A stretch of 64,000 bases of DNA, from positions 182,900,001-182,964,000 of the forward strand of contig NC_086098.1 in NCBI RefSeq assembly GCF_963921235.1. The letters run 5' to 3'. The stretch is from Mobula hypostoma (lineage: Eukaryota). This document shows, piece by piece, positions 63,069-64,000 of this stretch; positions within the stretch are counted from its first letter, which is position 1, and the number at the start of each line of letters is the position of its first letter. The position numbers were made by a program, and so were the translations under genes. Below the pieces are notes generated by a model. That model was not told the DNA's origin, searched no databases, and saw only the letters and a list, made by a program, of their open reading frames with translations.

Positions 63069-64000
63069 ACTTCCGGGTCATCAAGGGAATGGCGGCGTAA
63101 GGAAAAGGTCTCTTGACAAAAAAGAAGGTAAACTGCCCCAAAATCGAATTTAGACAAATACTTAATATTGCATAACTATATTAATAAAAGGGGCAAGGAT
63201 GATGTCTAAGAACAAGAATAAAAAGTCCGCTTCGAAGGCTGATAAACATAAAGAGATACAGCAAGGCGAAGGGCCTAGCTCTCCCACGGCAAGCCAGGAC
63301 GGAGATAATGAGGGGGAATCGGTGACTCTGTCTTTGATTCTCGGAGAGATTCACGAGTTCCAACAAGATAACAGCAAACAGCTGGAAGATATTAAAGGAG
63401 AAATAGTAAAAACTAACTCGCGGATAGATGAAGCCGAAGCGAGGATTGTTGGAGTTGAAGAGAAGCTACAAACTGCCGAGAAAGTGATAGCAGAAATGCT
63501 GAAGCTACAAGACCAACTCCAGTGGAAACTAATAGACCAAGAAGGCCGCTCGAGAAGGGAAATGTGAGGATCTACGGAGTTCCTGAAGGAACCGAAGGTA
63601 AACCCGGATTGACGATTCCCTTCATGGAGAAGCTGCTTAGAGAGAACCTTGATATACCGGCCGCAAAAGACCTACAGATAGAAAGGGCTCACCGCGCGTT
63701 GGCACCACAGCCTCCGGCAGGCGCCCAGCCCAGATCGATTCTGATCAGATTTCTCAGTTACAGAACGAAGGAAGAGGTGCTTAAAAGAGCATGGCAAAAG
63801 AAAGGTTTCATGTGGAACAACTGTAAAATCAGTTTAGACCACGACTACGCACCGGGGATTCTTGCCAGACGGAAGGAATATACGGAGAGTCCTGAAGGAA
63901 AACAACATCAAATTCCAGACCCTGTATCCAGCTCGGCTGAGAGTCTTTTACGACGAAGGGACAAAAACTTACGCTACGGTGGAGGAGGCAACGTCGGACC
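63069..64000 (+). mobile_element. L1-clade LINE 5' UTR and ORF1 (frameshifted), continuing beyond the window
   Basis: Coiled coil then EGRSRR/NVRIYGVPEG, IERAHR, RSILIRFL, ISLDHDY, LYPARLRV; frameshifts near 63560 and 63885. Confidence 0.9.

Noticed and set aside
59131-64000. A further upstream lama5 exon (and a further downstream exon in 1-1467)
   Set aside because: No segment with the expected peptide and compatible splice sites; these exons presumably lie outside the window.
1-64000. CRISPR array or prokaryotic operon
   Set aside because: Exon-intron structure and vertebrate retroelements throughout; repeats are dispersed, not regularly spaced.

Overview
Vertebrate nuclear DNA; the repeat complement resembles cartilaginous fish (inference). 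The window lies inside one minus-strand gene, laminin subunit alpha-5 (lama5). I reconstructed 25 consecutive coding exons by hand (59130 down to 1468; 3587 nt, about 1195 codons). All splice phases chain without stops, covering the end of the LF/IVb region, LE repeats, the L4/IVa domain, further LE repeats and the start of the coiled coil. Both gene ends lie outside the window. One intron (3859-3955) must use a GC donor. The introns are dense with CR1-type and Rex/Babar-type LINE 3' fragments, tRNA-derived SINEs, an L1 5' end, and Tigger/pogo, Harbinger and hAT-type DNA elements. The most striking signal is an abundant Penelope-like (GIY-YIG) family. Its terminal repeat carries a minimal type-I hammerhead ribozyme motif and occurs as truncated or fold-back insertions with 11-14 bp target-site duplications. 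Intact ribozyme cores occur only antisense to lama5, and one insertion appears to have displaced a perfect TACTAAC branch point. Most ORFs in the supplied track are spurious or repeat-derived. Repeat boundaries are approximate unless a TSD or TIR is quoted.
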